Assembly: GCA_022072165.1 (NCBI GenBank)
Contig: JAJVIF010000001.1
Location: 273,353 to 337,352, forward strand
Source: a bacterium
GTDB taxonomy: Bacteria > JAJVIF01
Reading direction: 5' to 3'
DNA: 64,000 nucleotides
Positions 45,269 through 56,231 of this stretch are shown one piece after another. The stretch's first letter is position 1; every line of letters starts with the position of its first letter. The notes under the pieces are model-generated. The model made no database searches and was not told where the DNA came from. It worked only from the letters and a program-made list of their open reading frames with translations. The translations under genes were made by a program, and so were the position numbers.

Positions 45269-46267
45269 TCACCAGACTTCCATCTTCCAGCTGCGAGTCA
45301 TCAACGCTCCCACGGTGTCTGCCACGGACCGCTCCCCCTGCACGACGGCTGCGACGCCTGCCGTGATGGGGAGGTCCAGCCCCTCGCTCGACGCATACGC
45401 CGCCACATGCCGGGCCGTACCCGCCCCTTCGGCGATCCCATTGATCCGAAGCGAGGCTTCATCAAACGTCAGCCCCTGAGCCAGGGCATGTCCCAACTGG
45501 ACATTGCGGGAGAGGGGCGACAGCGCCGTGCAGATGGCATCGCCCAGCCCGGCGATGCCCAGCAGCGTGTTGGGATCAGCGCCCAGCGATGCCCCAAGCT
45601 GGGTCATTTCCGCCATCCCCCGGGAGAGCAACGCCGCCTGGGTGTTCATCCCGAATCCCACGGCACTGGCGATGCCAGCCGCGATCGCGAGGATGTTCTT
45701 TACCGCCCCGCCGAGTTCGACGCCTGTGACATCCCGGGAGCCGTAGAGCCGGAACGTGGCACTCCCAAAGTACGCTCGAAAGACATCGATGGTGGCTTCC
45801 GAGTCCGACGCCACCACCGAAACACTCGGGTCCCCGCGCAGGACTTCCCGCGCCAGATTCGGTCCGGAGAGTGTCGCGTACGGATGCGCTCCCAGCACCT
45901 CCGGCAACCCCTGCGACACCCGGCGCAACTGGTCATCGAGGAATCCCTTCACCGATGAGCAGACAGGCAGGTCAGGAGAGGTCAGCCAGGGAGCCAGGGG
46001 TGTCAGGGCACCGAGGAGGTGCTCGCTGGGAATCGCGATCAGCACGGCATCCGCCGCAGCGAGTGCTCGCTCGGGGTCTGCGGTGAAGTGCACCGACTGG
46101 GGCAGCTCAATGTCGTCCAGATAGGCCAGATTGCGGTTCGTCGCCTGGTAGCGCTCCATCGCGATGGGATCACGGCCCAGGATGTGGACCGTATGCCCAT
46201 TCCGTGCCGCGAGGGTGGCCAGTGTGGTTCCCCAGGCCCCCGCGCCGATGACCCCCAGCTTAGCCAT
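45269..46267 (-). CDS. gpsA: NAD(P)H-dependent glycerol-3-phosphate dehydrogenase
   Basis: 'KLGVIGAGAWGTTLA', 'GPNLAREV', 'GGAVKNILAIAAG'. Confidence 0.9.
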   Translation of the reverse strand: MAKLGVIGAGAWGTTLATLAARNGHTVHILGRDPIAMERYQATNRNLAYLDDIELPQSVHFTADPERALAAADAVLIAIPSEHLLGALTPLAPWLTSPDLPVCSSVKGFLDDQLRRVSQGLPEVLGAHPYATLSGPNLAREVLRGDPSVSVVASDSEATIDVFRAYFGSATFRLYGSRDVTGVELGGAVKNILAIAAGIASAVGFGMNTQAALLSRGMAEMTQLGASLGADPNTLLGIAGLGDAICTALSPLSRNVQLGHALAQGLTFDEASLRINGIAEGAGTARHVAAYASSEGLDLPITAGVAAVVQGERSVADTVGALMTRSWKMEVW

Positions 46268-46970
46268 GTCCGGGCTCCGGCAGCGGCTGTCCCGCCCGCT
46301 TTTGCCCGATGCGCGGCTCGGTGCCATTCAGCAGGCGTCTGATGTTCTGGGCATGTTTGAGCACGAGGAACAGTCCAATGAAGATGGCGAAAACGAGAAA
46401 GGTCCGGTTGCCAGCGGGGTCACTTTCGGGGAAGACCCGGTGTTCGGTCGTAGCTCCCACGAGAAACAGGACTGGCACCGTGATGCCGCCACAGATGCTG
46501 GCGAGCGAGACATAGCGCGTGACCAGCAGCGTCACCAGGAACACACCGACCGGAATCAGCATCCATTTCCCCGCGATGGCGACCATGACCCCGAGTCCGG
46601 TAGCGACAATCTTGCCCCCCCGAAACTGAAACCAGACCGGGAAGGCGTGGCCCATGATGGCCGAGAGTCCGACGAGGCAAATCACGGAAGACCACAACAG
46701 TCCGTTGTTGCCGAATTCATCCAGCCGAACTGTCCAGAGCGCGGATGTCACGGGCAGCAGCCCTTTGGAGAAATCGAACAGCAGCGTCACAGCGCCGGGG
46801 AACGCCCCCAGAGTCCGCCAGACATTGGTCGCGCCTATGTTGCCAGACCCATGCTCCCGGATGTCGATGTCCCCATAGGCCCACGCCACCAGATACCCAA
46901 AAGGTATCGACCCCACCAGGTAGGCGAGGATGATCAGTAGCAGCGCTTTGGTGGCGGGATCCATGAGCAC
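46260..46970 (-). CDS. plsY: Glycerol-3-phosphate acyltransferase PlsY
   Basis: 'GSIPFGYLV...GSGNIGATNVWR', 'KGLLP'. Overlaps the gpsA start by 8 bp (plsY-gpsA arrangement). Confidence 0.9.
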   Translation of the reverse strand: MLMDPATKALLLIILAYLVGSIPFGYLVAWAYGDIDIREHGSGNIGATNVWRTLGAFPGAVTLLFDFSKGLLPVTSALWTVRLDEFGNNGLLWSSVICLVGLSAIMGHAFPVWFQFRGGKIVATGLGVMVAIAGKWMLIPVGVFLVTLLVTRYVSLASICGGITVPVLFLVGATTEHRVFPESDPAGNRTFLVFAIFIGLFLVLKHAQNIRRLLNGTEPRIGQKRAGQPLPEPGHG

Positions 46971-47036
46971 AGCGGGCGGGCAGACGTCTCCTTCCGGGTC
47001 GCGCAGGGATTATGCCCCAAGCCCCAGCAAAGGCCG

Positions 47037-48473
47037 CTACTCTGCGGCCTTCCGCTTCCTGGCCCTGTAGCTCACCCGAATGGGGCTGCCTGGGAGTTGC
47101 AGGGTCTCATGCAGCGCTTTGTAGAGATAGCGACGCCAGGAGTCGACAAAGAGCACCGGATTGTTCACCGAAAGCACGATGTGGGGCGGCGAGACCCCCA
47201 CTTGCGTGGCGTAGTAAATCTTCCCGCGCCGATTCCGCCAGACCGCCGGCGGGTTCTGATCCCAGATGGCCCCGACGATGCCGTTGAGCTCGCTGGTCCC
47301 TATCCGCTTGTTGAATGATTCATGCGACTTCCTGATGGCGATCAGGAGGTCGGTCAGACCCTCCCCCTCCAGCGCCGAGGCAAACACTACCGGCGCAAAG
47401 AAAAGGTAGTGCAGCTGGTCGTGGATATGGCTGATGAAGGCCTGCTGATGCTTCGACTTCCCCTCGGACAAATCCCACTTGTTCGCCACAATGACGCATG
47501 CCCGGTGACTGTCCCTGATCAGTGCGCCGATTTTCTGATCAAGATCGGTAATCCCCAGCGAGACATCCAGCACCAGGACCGCGACATCGGCCCGGGTCAA
47601 AGCCTGCTCCGCCCGACGCATGGAGTAGAAGTCGACATCGGTGTCGATCTTGTTCCGACGCTTCAGCCCCGCGGTATCAATCGAGCAGAACTCCCGGCCC
47701 TTCCACTCGAACCGCGCATCGATCGCATCCCGGGTCGTCCCGGCCAGGGGCGAGACGATCGCTCGTTCGCTTCCCACCAGCTGATTGAACAGGCTCGACT
47801 TCCCGGCATTCTGGCGCCCCAAAATAGCGAAGGTCAGGGCCGTCTCTTCGGCGGGGACGGAGTCCGCTGGGGCCTCAGTGGCTTCCTCCATCGTCTGGTG
47901 CAGGAACGGCTGGGTCGCTTCGAGGAGTTCGACAATCCCCCGGCCATGGATCGCGCTGATCGGCCAGGGATCGCCGAATCCCAGCTCGTAGCAGTCGTAC
48001 AGCATGTCGTCATGGAGCGGATCATCGGCCTTGTTGGCGATCAGCAGGATCGGTGTCCGGTCCCGTAACGTGCGGAGGCGCTGGGCAAGCTGCTTGTCCT
48101 CGGACGTGATACCCGCCTGACGATCCACCACAAACCAGATGACATCGGCCTCCCGCAGGGCTAAATCAATCTGCCGGTTCATTTCCTCGCGGAAAGGATT
48201 TTCCCCCGCTGCTTCCCAGCCTGCCTGGTCAGTGAGGGCAAAGTAAACCCCTTCCCAGTCAGCGGTCCGCTTCAGACGGTCCCGGGTGACCCCCCGGGCT
48301 TCATGGACAATCGCTTCCCGACCCCCAATCACCCGGTTGAAAAGGGTGCTTTTCCCAACATTGGTCCGGCCCAGGATCACCACCTGGGGCAGGTCTTCGG
48401 GGGCTGGACGCTCCCCGGACGGATTCGGACGAGTCGGGGGAGCCAGCTTTGGGGCGGAACGTGCGCGTGCCAT
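47037..48473 (-). CDS. der: Ribosome biogenesis GTPase Der (EngA), tandem GTPase domains + KH-like C-terminus
   Basis: G1 motifs 'GRTNVGKST' and 'GRQNAGKSS'; 'DTAG' twice. Confidence 0.9.
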   Translation of the reverse strand: MARARSAPKLAPPTRPNPSGERPAPEDLPQVVILGRTNVGKSTLFNRVIGGREAIVHEARGVTRDRLKRTADWEGVYFALTDQAGWEAAGENPFREEMNRQIDLALREADVIWFVVDRQAGITSEDKQLAQRLRTLRDRTPILLIANKADDPLHDDMLYDCYELGFGDPWPISAIHGRGIVELLEATQPFLHQTMEEATEAPADSVPAEETALTFAILGRQNAGKSSLFNQLVGSERAIVSPLAGTTRDAIDARFEWKGREFCSIDTAGLKRRNKIDTDVDFYSMRRAEQALTRADVAVLVLDVSLGITDLDQKIGALIRDSHRACVIVANKWDLSEGKSKHQQAFISHIHDQLHYLFFAPVVFASALEGEGLTDLLIAIRKSHESFNKRIGTSELNGIVGAIWDQNPPAVWRNRRGKIYYATQVGVSPPHIVLSVNNPVLFVDSWRRYLYKALHETLQLPGSPIRVSYRARKRKAAE

Positions 48474-48651
48474 ACCCCCATTGTGCGCCACGAAGCAACG
48501 AAGGGGTAGTTTCTCCAGATGCTGTTTCAGTACCAGACTTTCCTGCTGGATAATGCCCTCAGGGTCAACCAGGACCGCGGCGAAGCGCTCTTAGAGGCTG
48601 AACGCGCCCTGGCAGCCGGGCGTATTTACGCGTCAACACGAGGAGCCACCC

Positions 48652-50244
48652 ATGAGTCTGCGGACCGTCCAGACAGGTCACACCCGCCACCCGCTCTATC
48701 CCCTGTTCCTGGGCATTTTCGGAATTCTCTGTGTGATCGCAGGCGTCATCTTCGCCGCGGAGTTCCGTCCACCCAATCCAGCTTATGCCGATGAGCCCGA
48801 AGCGCTGACCCTGCAGACTGCGGTCAACGTGCCCGGCAACTTCACCAACAACCCCTTCCGGGAAGTCGTGCGGCAGGTGAAGCCCGCGGTCGTCAACATC
48901 GAAACGGACCGCAAAGTCGCTGCTGGCTCGCGCAATCAGAACCCCTTCGGCGACCTGCCGTTCCAGTTCGGACCGCCGCAGCGGCCGGAGGCGAAACCTT
49001 TTGGCGATGAGCCCGAAACTGTCCCGACCGGAGGTTCCGGCTTCATCGTGGACCCCAGGGGCTACATCATCACGAACAACCACGTCATCGAGGAAGCCGT
49101 TCGGATTCGGGTCACGCTGGATGATGGACGGGTCCTGGATGCCGATATCGTCGGACGGGACCCCAACACTGATGTGGCGGTCCTGAAGCTAAAAAATCCC
49201 AAAGGGACCCTGCCGTTCCTGAAGCTGGGTGACAGCGATGTCGCCGAAATCGGCGACTGGGTCATCGCAGTTGGCAGCCCCCTGGGGCTTTCGCAGTCAG
49301 TCACCGTCGGTGTGGTAAGCGCCAAGAACCGTAATTCGGTCAACATCCCTGGTGCGGGAGCCAAGTACAGCGATTTCATCCAGACCGATGCCGCGATTAA
49401 CTTCGGCAACTCCGGCGGCCCGCTGCTGACCATCGATGGCACCGTACTCGGCATGAACACCGCCATCGCTGGCGGACAGGGTGTCAGCGGGATTGGATTC
49501 GCGGTCCCGGCGAACAAGATCAAGTTCGTCTACGACAACCTCATTCGCGAGGGAGTCGTTCGACGGGGCTACATCGGCCTGCTCGTCCAGCCAGTTTCGC
49601 TGAATGAAGCGAAAGCCAATGGCCTGGAAATCGCCAAGGGCGCAACCGTCGCCCGGGTCGAGCCCAAAGCCCCCGCTGAGCGAGCCGGCCTGGAATTCGG
49701 CGACCTCATCACCCACGTCGATGGCATCGAAGTCCAGAACAACCAGCATCTGGTGAATCTCATCGCGGAAAAAGGCGTCGGAGTCACCATCAAGCTCAAA
49801 GTACTGCGCGATGGCAAGCCACTGGAAAAGACCCTCCGCACCGAACAGCGTCCCGATGAGCTGGATCAGGCGCAGCCCGCGTCTACCCCAGGCGCAGCCC
49901 CCGATGATGAGGCTCCCCCGCGGGAAGCCACCCTCATCCTCCAGGACCTCGGGCTCCAGCTGAGCGAGATCGATCCCGCCCTGAGTCGGCGACTCGATCT
50001 GCCCGCTGGTACGACCGGCGTCTATGTCGAGGCCGTGAAGCGAACCTCGCCTGCTCATGACGAAGGATTTGCGGAAGGCGACATCATCACCCACATCGAC
50101 CGAACCGCTATCACTGGGCTCGCCGGTTTCGAGGACACCCTCAGGCAGGCGGGATCGGGGACTGGCTTTGCCCGACTTACCGTCAAGCGCCTGCTGCGGG
50201 GCGAGTGGGTAAGCTTCCCCTTCCGGCTCCCAGTCGAGCAGTAG
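48652..50244 (+). CDS. HtrA/DegP-family serine endoprotease with two PDZ domains
   Basis: N-terminal TM anchor. Catalytic triad context 'ITNNHV', 'DVAVLK', 'GNSGGPL'. Two C-terminal PDZ domains. Confidence 0.9.
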   Translation: MSLRTVQTGHTRHPLYPLFLGIFGILCVIAGVIFAAEFRPPNPAYADEPEALTLQTAVNVPGNFTNNPFREVVRQVKPAVVNIETDRKVAAGSRNQNPFGDLPFQFGPPQRPEAKPFGDEPETVPTGGSGFIVDPRGYIITNNHVIEEAVRIRVTLDDGRVLDADIVGRDPNTDVAVLKLKNPKGTLPFLKLGDSDVAEIGDWVIAVGSPLGLSQSVTVGVVSAKNRNSVNIPGAGAKYSDFIQTDAAINFGNSGGPLLTIDGTVLGMNTAIAGGQGVSGIGFAVPANKIKFVYDNLIREGVVRRGYIGLLVQPVSLNEAKANGLEIAKGATVARVEPKAPAERAGLEFGDLITHVDGIEVQNNQHLVNLIAEKGVGVTIKLKVLRDGKPLEKTLRTEQRPDELDQAQPASTPGAAPDDEAPPREATLILQDLGLQLSEIDPALSRRLDLPAGTTGVYVEAVKRTSPAHDEGFAEGDIITHIDRTAITGLAGFEDTLRQAGSGTGFARLTVKRLLRGEWVSFPFRLPVEQ

Positions 50245-50267
50245 CTCCCTGGAGGTTGGTCAGACAC

Positions 50268-50308
50268 CAGCGCGCCCTTTGCTGAGCAGGGGGCGCGCTT
50301 GTTTTGTT
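50268..50308 (+). terminator. Rho-independent terminator after htrA (possibly bidirectional)
   Basis: cagcgcgccc ... gggggcgcgctt hairpin followed by GTTTTGTT. Confidence 0.55.
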
Positions 50309-50333
50309 CATCTGGAGCGTGCGGCCAACAGGC

Positions 50334-50720
50334 TCAAAACGTAAGCGCAGACCGCTGGGGCCGAAAACAGGCGATGAGGGCATCCAGCTCCTGTGAGGTC
50401 AGGGCCAAATCATCGTTCGCGCTGGTCGCGGGAAGTGCATTCAGGGCATCTGCCAGATCAGTCTCCATCACTGTCGCGAACAACGATTCTGGATCCCAGC
50501 CTGTGGCTCCTGGGAGCGTCATCGCAGGAACATCAGCCAGGATCGCTGGCGGAGAGCAGGCTGATAGTCGATCAAGCAGCTGCGATTCCAGCAAAATCGA
50601 GGTTTCCTCAGAATCCGGTGGAAGCACGGGGATTTGGGCGTAGCGATCCCATGCCATACTCCCCGCGCCAGTGGCGAGGACCAGTCCGGACAACATCAGC
50701 AGGCCGAGGGCTCCGCGCAT
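50334..50720 (-). CDS. Hypothetical small secreted acidic protein
   Basis: Signal peptide MRGALGLLMLSGLVLATGAGS. Asp/Glu/Leu-rich. No recognisable family. Confidence 0.4.
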   Translation of the reverse strand: MRGALGLLMLSGLVLATGAGSMAWDRYAQIPVLPPDSEETSILLESQLLDRLSACSPPAILADVPAMTLPGATGWDPESLFATVMETDLADALNALPATSANDDLALTSQELDALIACFRPQRSALTF

Positions 50721-50851
50721 CGTAGCGGAAGCATACAATGCCTTGGACTGTGATTCACCAGGGCGGGGAAGGCTCACACTACTAAGCTCAGCAGTCGGAG
50801 TGCCAGAGTTGCACGGGGGACCCGGCGGGCATCCAAATCATCCGAACGGGG

Positions 50852-50926
50852 TGGCGGGCGCATGAGGAATCGAACCTCAATCTACGGCTCCGGAGACCGT
50901 CGCACTATCCGTTGTGCTATGCACCC
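50852..50926 (-). tRNA. tRNA-Arg (anticodon CCG)
   Basis: 75-nt cloverleaf read from the sequence. 7-bp acceptor stem (one G-U pair). D-stem GCAC/GTGC. Anticodon stem ACGGT/GCCGT with loop CTCCGGA. T-arm TGAGG-TTCGATT-CCTCA. Discriminator G. Encoded CCA. Confidence 0.8.
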
Positions 50927-51028
50927 GCGGCTGCCCCATCTCCGTCAGGATCACTGGCAGCGACGCCAGCGACCGACGGACTGGATGATGGGTTGTACCG
51001 CCCCTGTGCGCCGATTGCAAGAGGCAAC

Positions 51029-52561
51029 ATGAGTTCTTCAGTCCCCGACATCCTGCAGCGCTTCCTCAGCCGTCCGGAAACCCTCGGGACCCGGCAGGAG
51101 GAAATTCCGCCTCAGGAACGCTGGCCCCTCCTGCTGGCAGCGGTCTCCGGCGGAGCCGACTCCATCGCGCTCTTCGACGCTCTGGACAGCCTCCGGGAGC
51201 CCCTGCAATTCCGTCTGGAGATCATCCATGTCCATCATGGACTCCGGGGAGAAGCCGCAGACCAGGATGCTGCCTTTGTCCGGCGACTGGCGGAGCAGCG
51301 ACAGGTGCCGTTTCACCTGGAAAGAGGTGATACCCGAGCGCTGATGACCCAGGAAAACCTGAGCATGGAAGAGGCGGCGCGGGCAATCCGGTACCGCGCC
51401 TTTTGCCAGATCGCGACACAGCGCCATGCCACAGCAGTCGTAGTCGCCCATCACCTGGATGACGATGTCGAGACCCTGCTAATGCGGCTGATGACCGGTG
51501 CCAGTCTCCAGGGGCTGGCCGGCATGGATGAGATCACCTGGCGGCAGTCCACGGCGATTTGGCGGCCCTTCTTGCGGACCCCGCAGGCCGTGCTGTACCG
51601 GCACTTGCAGGCCCGCCAGCTCCCCTGGCGCTTTGATGCCTCTAACCTCGAGACGGGGCATCTGAGAAATCGCATCCGGCAGGAACTCCTGCCACGACTC
51701 CAGACCGACTTCAATCCGCAAGTGGTCCGGACACTCGGCAAGCTCCTGCAGGAACTCAAGCAACTCCGGACTATGGAACTCCCCGGTCAGGAGCCAGGCA
51801 ATGCGCTCACAGTCAGTGAAGTGGGGAAGCAACTCCCCATCGGTGATGAAGGGCTACATATCGGAGCGCAGCTGGTGCCGGTTGAAGAATGGCAGTTTCC
51901 CGTGGCGGCGGTGCAGGGCCTGGAGCAGCGCGAACGCTGGGCCCTCTGGCGGGCGGTGCTCCGGGGGCTGGGTATCCCGCCAAAAGAACTACAGCGATCC
52001 CTTTTTGACGACCTGGACACGCTCATCAGTCGTACCTACGGCACTCTCGCCATTGACCTGCCCGGAGGTCTGGAAGCGCGACGCACCTACGGCACGCTGA
52101 TCTTCGGGACCCGGCAAGTGCCCGATGAGCCCCCCATGCCAGTTTCTCTCTCGCTTGCACCCTGGTCATGGACCGATCGCTATGCCGGGTGGGTGCTCAT
52201 GGCGGAGTTACTCGACGGGGAAGTCCCGGTGGTCGCTTCACCTCTACAGCTGGGGAAACGTTGGTGGGAGCGCGCCCTCTTTCAGGCCCAGGTCAGCATT
52301 CCCGAGATCACGTCTGAGCTGCAGATTCGTTCGCGACAGCCCGGCGATACCCTGGCGCTGCCCCAGGGGGGACATACCAGCCTCAAGGAATGCTTCATCG
52401 ATCAGAAGCTGCCGCAACTCTTTCGGGAACGCTGGCCGGTCATTGCCCTCCCGGAAGGGGATATCCTGTGGGTCCCTGGCTGGCCTCCAGCAGCCGTAAC
52501 TACCGGCTCCAGATCACGCAAATGGCAGTTCACGGCGGTCAAAACTGCCCATTGGGGGTAG
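51029..52561 (+). CDS. tilS: tRNA(Ile)-lysidine synthetase
   Basis: PP-loop 'AAVSGGADSIAL' and 'HVHHGLRGEAADQD'. Conserved position upstream of ftsH. Confidence 0.85.
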   Translation: MSSSVPDILQRFLSRPETLGTRQEEIPPQERWPLLLAAVSGGADSIALFDALDSLREPLQFRLEIIHVHHGLRGEAADQDAAFVRRLAEQRQVPFHLERGDTRALMTQENLSMEEAARAIRYRAFCQIATQRHATAVVVAHHLDDDVETLLMRLMTGASLQGLAGMDEITWRQSTAIWRPFLRTPQAVLYRHLQARQLPWRFDASNLETGHLRNRIRQELLPRLQTDFNPQVVRTLGKLLQELKQLRTMELPGQEPGNALTVSEVGKQLPIGDEGLHIGAQLVPVEEWQFPVAAVQGLEQRERWALWRAVLRGLGIPPKELQRSLFDDLDTLISRTYGTLAIDLPGGLEARRTYGTLIFGTRQVPDEPPMPVSLSLAPWSWTDRYAGWVLMAELLDGEVPVVASPLQLGKRWWERALFQAQVSIPEITSELQIRSRQPGDTLALPQGGHTSLKECFIDQKLPQLFRERWPVIALPEGDILWVPGWPPAAVTTGSRSRKWQFTAVKTAHWG

Positions 52562-52752
52562 GTTCCTACAGGAAACAGGTCGAACCTCGTCGCTTTTATG
52601 GACTCTAATCTCATACCTGCCGGCGCGTGACCCTGAATTTTCACGGTCTGGCCGCATCCGTGCAGTATATTGAGACCGCGAACGCCTGCGCCCAGGGTGG
52701 GACGAAGCGTGAGCGCTGAGCCCATCTGCGGGCTCCTCCGGGAAGGGCTGGC

Positions 52753-54732
52753 ATGACCAAAAGCTGGAACAGCATCTTCATCCTCATCGTCCTCCTCCTG
52801 TTTGCCCTGCTTTACAGCTTCATCATCGCAAACAAGAAGACGACCCCTCTGACGGCTCCTGAACTGGTGCATCGCCTGGGACAGGGCGACACTATCATCA
52901 AGTCCGTCGAAGTCCATCCCGATGAGGGCTACATCAGCGGCGAATTGCTCCTCCCGCCCGGCAGTGAGCCGCAACCCTACCGGGTCGACTTGCCCAAGCC
53001 CATCTCGATGGAAGATGTCATGCGCCTCTATGAGCGCGCCGGCATCAACCTGCAGGAAGAACCGGCCGGGATCCCCCTGCCGAAAGTCAAACCAACCCCG
53101 CTCTTCCTGTCGCTGGTGGGACCAATGATGGTCTTCATCCTGCCGGTCCTCCTCTTTGGGTTCTTCTACTTCTTTATGGTGAAGCAGGCGCAGGCCTCCG
53201 GTGGCCAGGCTCTGTCGTTCGGGAAATCCCGTGCGAAGCTCCTGACCGATAAGCCCAACGTCTCGTTCAAAGATGTCGCTGGCGTGTCCGAAGCCGTCGA
53301 GGAACTGCACGAAATTGTGGAGTTCCTCAAAGAGAAAAAGAAGTTCATCAGCCTGGGGGCCAAGATCCCCAAGGGTGTGCTCCTGGTCGGACCTCCCGGC
53401 TGCGGCAAGACTCTCCTGGCCCGGGCGATTGCCGGCGAGGCCGGAGTCCCGTTCTTCCACATGTCCGGGTCGGACTTCGTAGAGATGTTCGTTGGCGTCG
53501 GCGCGAGCCGCGTCCGCGACCTCTTCGAGCAGGCGAAACGACATGCCCCGGCAATCGTCTTCATCGACGAAATCGATGCCGTAGGACGGCAGCGTGGGAC
53601 CGGCCTGGGTGGCGGTCACGATGAGCGCGAGCAGACGCTGAACCAGCTGCTGGTCGAGATGGACGGCTTCGACACAAACTCCGGTGTCATCCTCATTGCC
53701 GCCACAAACCGGCCTGATGTCCTGGACCCGGCCCTCCTGCGCCCTGGTCGCTTTGATCGCCGCGTGGTGGTCGATAAGCCGGACTACAAGGGCCGCGAAG
53801 AAATCCTCATCATCCATAGTCGGGAGACGCCGCTGGATGACGATGTCGACCTCCGCCTGCTGGCGCGTCGCACTCCCGGGTTTTCCGGTGCCGATCTGCG
53901 CAACCTGGTGAACGAAGCCGCGATTCTGGCAGCCCGCGAAAACGGGAAAAAGGTCACGATGCATCACTTCGAGGAGGCCACGGAGCGGGTCATGGCAGGT
54001 CCGACCCGTCGCAGCCGCGTGATCTCCGAGAAGGAAAAGAAGGTCATCGCCTACCACGAGTCGGGACACGCCATGGCGATGTACTACTCCGGCGACCTCG
54101 ACCCGATCCACAAGATCACCATCATTCCCCGCGGCATGGCCCTGGGCTACACCATGCAGCTGCCCGGTGAGGATCGCTACCTCACCACCCGCAGCGAATT
54201 GCTTCAGAAGATCAAGGCCGCCCTCGGTGGCCGGGTCGCGGAGGAAGTCATCTTCCAGGAGCAGACCACCGGCGCATCCGATGACCTGCAACGGGTCACC
54301 GACCTGGCGCGTCGCATGGTTATGGACTTCGGCATGAGCACCAAGCTCGGTCCCATCACCTTCGGCAACCGGCATGGGGGATCGGTCTTCCTGGGGCGCG
54401 ACATGATGGAAGAGCGCAACTACTCTGAGGAGATTGCGTATGAGATCGACAAGGAAGTCGATGCCATCGTCACCTCAGCCTACGAAGATGTAAAGAGCAT
54501 CATGTCGACCCACATCGACCGGCTCCACGCCCTGGCGACTGCCCTGTTGGAGCGCGAGACCCTCGACGCCGAAGAAGTCCGGCTCCTCATGGAGGGGCAG
54601 GAACTGCCGCCGGAGTCGGTCTCCCGACCCCAGCCGCCCTCCAGCGGGACCCTGACTCCGGTGGAGGAGCCCGGGCGGGAGACCCCGCGACGGGAACCCG
54701 GCATCGGGGGGCTGGCACCCAGCCCCAGCTAA
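52753..54732 (+). CDS. ftsH: ATP-dependent zinc metalloprotease FtsH
   Basis: Two N-terminal TM helices. AAA Walker A '[11 protein letters not shown]'. SRH region. Zinc motif 'HESGHA' in 'YHESGHAMA'. Confidence 0.95.
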   Translation: MTKSWNSIFILIVLLLFALLYSFIIANKKTTPLTAPELVHRLGQGDTIIKSVEVHPDEGYISGELLLPPGSEPQPYRVDLPKPISMEDVMRLYERAGINLQEEPAGIPLPKVKPTPLFLSLVGPMMVFILPVLLFGFFYFFMVKQAQASGGQALSFGKSRAKLLTDKPNVSFKDVAGVSEAVEELHEIVEFLKEKKKFISLGAKIPKGVLLVGPPGCGKTLLARAIAGEAGVPFFHMSGSDFVEMFVGVGASRVRDLFEQAKRHAPAIVFIDEIDAVGRQRGTGLGGGHDEREQTLNQLLVEMDGFDTNSGVILIAATNRPDVLDPALLRPGRFDRRVVVDKPDYKGREEILIIHSRETPLDDDVDLRLLARRTPGFSGADLRNLVNEAAILAARENGKKVTMHHFEEATERVMAGPTRRSRVISEKEKKVIAYHESGHAMAMYYSGDLDPIHKITIIPRGMALGYTMQLPGEDRYLTTRSELLQKIKAALGGRVAEEVIFQEQTTGASDDLQRVTDLARRMVMDFGMSTKLGPITFGNRHGGSVFLGRDMMEERNYSEEIAYEIDKEVDAIVTSAYEDVKSIMSTHIDRLHALATALLERETLDAEEVRLLMEGQELPPESVSRPQPPSSGTLTPVEEPGRETPRREPGIGGLAPSPS

Positions 54733-54761
54733 GCAACAGCAGCGTCTGCGACGAAAGCACA

Positions 54762-54795
54762 CGACCCCCGGCGTACCCGGGGGTCGTTTCTGTTG
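54762..54795 (+). terminator. Rho-independent terminator between convergent ftsH and downstream minus-strand gene
   Basis: cgacccccgg cgta cccgggggtcg followed by TTTCTGTTGTCGTT. Confidence 0.65.
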
Positions 54796-54816
54796 TCGTT
54801 CATGCGAGTGGCGCTG

Positions 54817-55251
54817 TTAACCCCAGCCGTCATCATCCTCAGCAGCGGCACCAGGAGCGGTCCGGGTGCTCGCGACTGCGGGGCCGACCCCACACAGCTC
54901 ATTCAGCTTGTCGAAGAGCGTCCCCGCTTCCTTCAGCAGGGCCAAAAAGTCGGGATACGACGTCGGTGATGACGTGCGCGACTTGTGGGCATAGCCGATG
55001 AACATCGACAGCTTAGTCAGTAGCTTGTGCGAGCCGAAGCCCAGGAGCGCCGAGAGGTCCTGTACCGGGCAGGCGCAGTAGAGCAATGCGCCGTAGACAT
55101 ACGCCCCCACATAGCAGTTCAGACGCTTGGCATCCGAGGTGGACAGCCGGGCGTACTCATCTTCCGGCCAGCGCTGGAGGTCAGAGAGGGGAATACCGGT
55201 CATGGGTTCCCAGCGAGCGGTGAACTGATCGATCGTGCGCCGTGGTTTCAC
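54817..55251 (-). CDS. Hypothetical protein
   Basis: 144-aa ORF, Cys/Tyr-containing, no recognisable family. Coding-like codon usage. Confidence 0.4.
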   Translation of the reverse strand: MKPRRTIDQFTARWEPMTGIPLSDLQRWPEDEYARLSTSDAKRLNCYVGAYVYGALLYCACPVQDLSALLGFGSHKLLTKLSMFIGYAHKSRTSSPTSYPDFLALLKEAGTLFDKLNELCGVGPAVASTRTAPGAAAEDDDGWG

Positions 55252-55352
55252 GTTGCGCCTCCTGTTGGTCTTGCGAGGGTTCTACGGCATTTTCGGGAGC
55301 ATTGCAAACGCTGGATGTCCGATTTTTGTGAGGTCGGGTACTCTTCCACCTT

Positions 55353-56231
55353 GTGGACAGTGTGCCAGACTACGGTGAACTCTTTATCGGCTGCGCGGGA
55401 TTCCAGTACGACGACTGGATCGGGACGGTCTACCCCCCGGGGACTAAAAAGTCTGAGATGCTGGAACTCTATGCCCACTACTTTTCGTTTCTGGAGCTCA
55501 ATTTCACCTACTACCGGATGCCCACGACCGAATCTATCGCCCGGATCGCAGAGCGTGCGCCGGATCTCTGTTTCGCGGTCAAGGCACATCAGTCCATGAC
55601 CCATAGTCGGGATGCCGATGCCGGAGCGTTTGCCAGCTTTGAAGCAGCGCTGGAGCCGTTGCTGGAAACCGGGCAGCTCCTCGTCTGCCTCCTGCAGTTC
55701 CCCCACAGCTTTCACTTTGGTCCCCCCGCCCTCCGCTGGCTCGAGTCACTCCGTGCCGGACTCCCGGCACTGCCGTTGGTGGCCGAGTTCCGGAGCCGGG
55801 AATGGATTCGCAAGGACGTGCCCACGCATTTGCGCGACCTGGGCATCAGCTGGTGCGCGGTGGATGAACCCGATCTGCCTGGACTTATGCCCCCGCTCGC
55901 GGCGGTCACCGGGCCGACAGGCTATGTCAGATTCCACGGACGCAACGCGGCGCAGTGGTACGACCATGAACAGGCCTGGCAACGGTATGACTACCGCTAC
56001 TCAGAAGAAGAACTGACAGGCTGGCTGCCACGACTGGAACGCCTCCTGCGGGAGACCGATCAGACGATTGTCGTGATGAATAACCACTACAAAGGACAGG
56101 CTGTGGAGAACGGGCAGATGCTGCGCGATCTGCTACCCCCAGCGATGCGGGAAGTCCTGCATGCCCCCGAAGAATTACTGCCCCGGGTGGACAGCAGGGC
56201 TGGGCGAACGGCGACTCCACCAGACCAGTGA
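55353..56231 (+). CDS. DUF72 (UPF0759) family protein
   Basis: GTG start. 'FIGCAGFQYDDWIGTVYPPG...YAHYFSFLELNFTYY' is the DUF72 N-terminal signature. Confidence 0.75.
   Translation: MDSVPDYGELFIGCAGFQYDDWIGTVYPPGTKKSEMLELYAHYFSFLELNFTYYRMPTTESIARIAERAPDLCFAVKAHQSMTHSRDADAGAFASFEAALEPLLETGQLLVCLLQFPHSFHFGPPALRWLESLRAGLPALPLVAEFRSREWIRKDVPTHLRDLGISWCAVDEPDLPGLMPPLAAVTGPTGYVRFHGRNAAQWYDHEQAWQRYDYRYSEEELTGWLPRLERLLRETDQTIVVMNNHYKGQAVENGQMLRDLLPPAMREVLHAPEELLPRVDSRAGRTATPPDQ

Noticed and set aside
52561-52753. Possible hpt gene or small ORF between tilS and ftsH
   Set aside because: The region is 192 bp with no ORF of useful size. Interpreted as the ftsH leader and promoter.
52402-54375. 657-aa minus-strand ORF
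   Set aside because: Antisense to ftsH.
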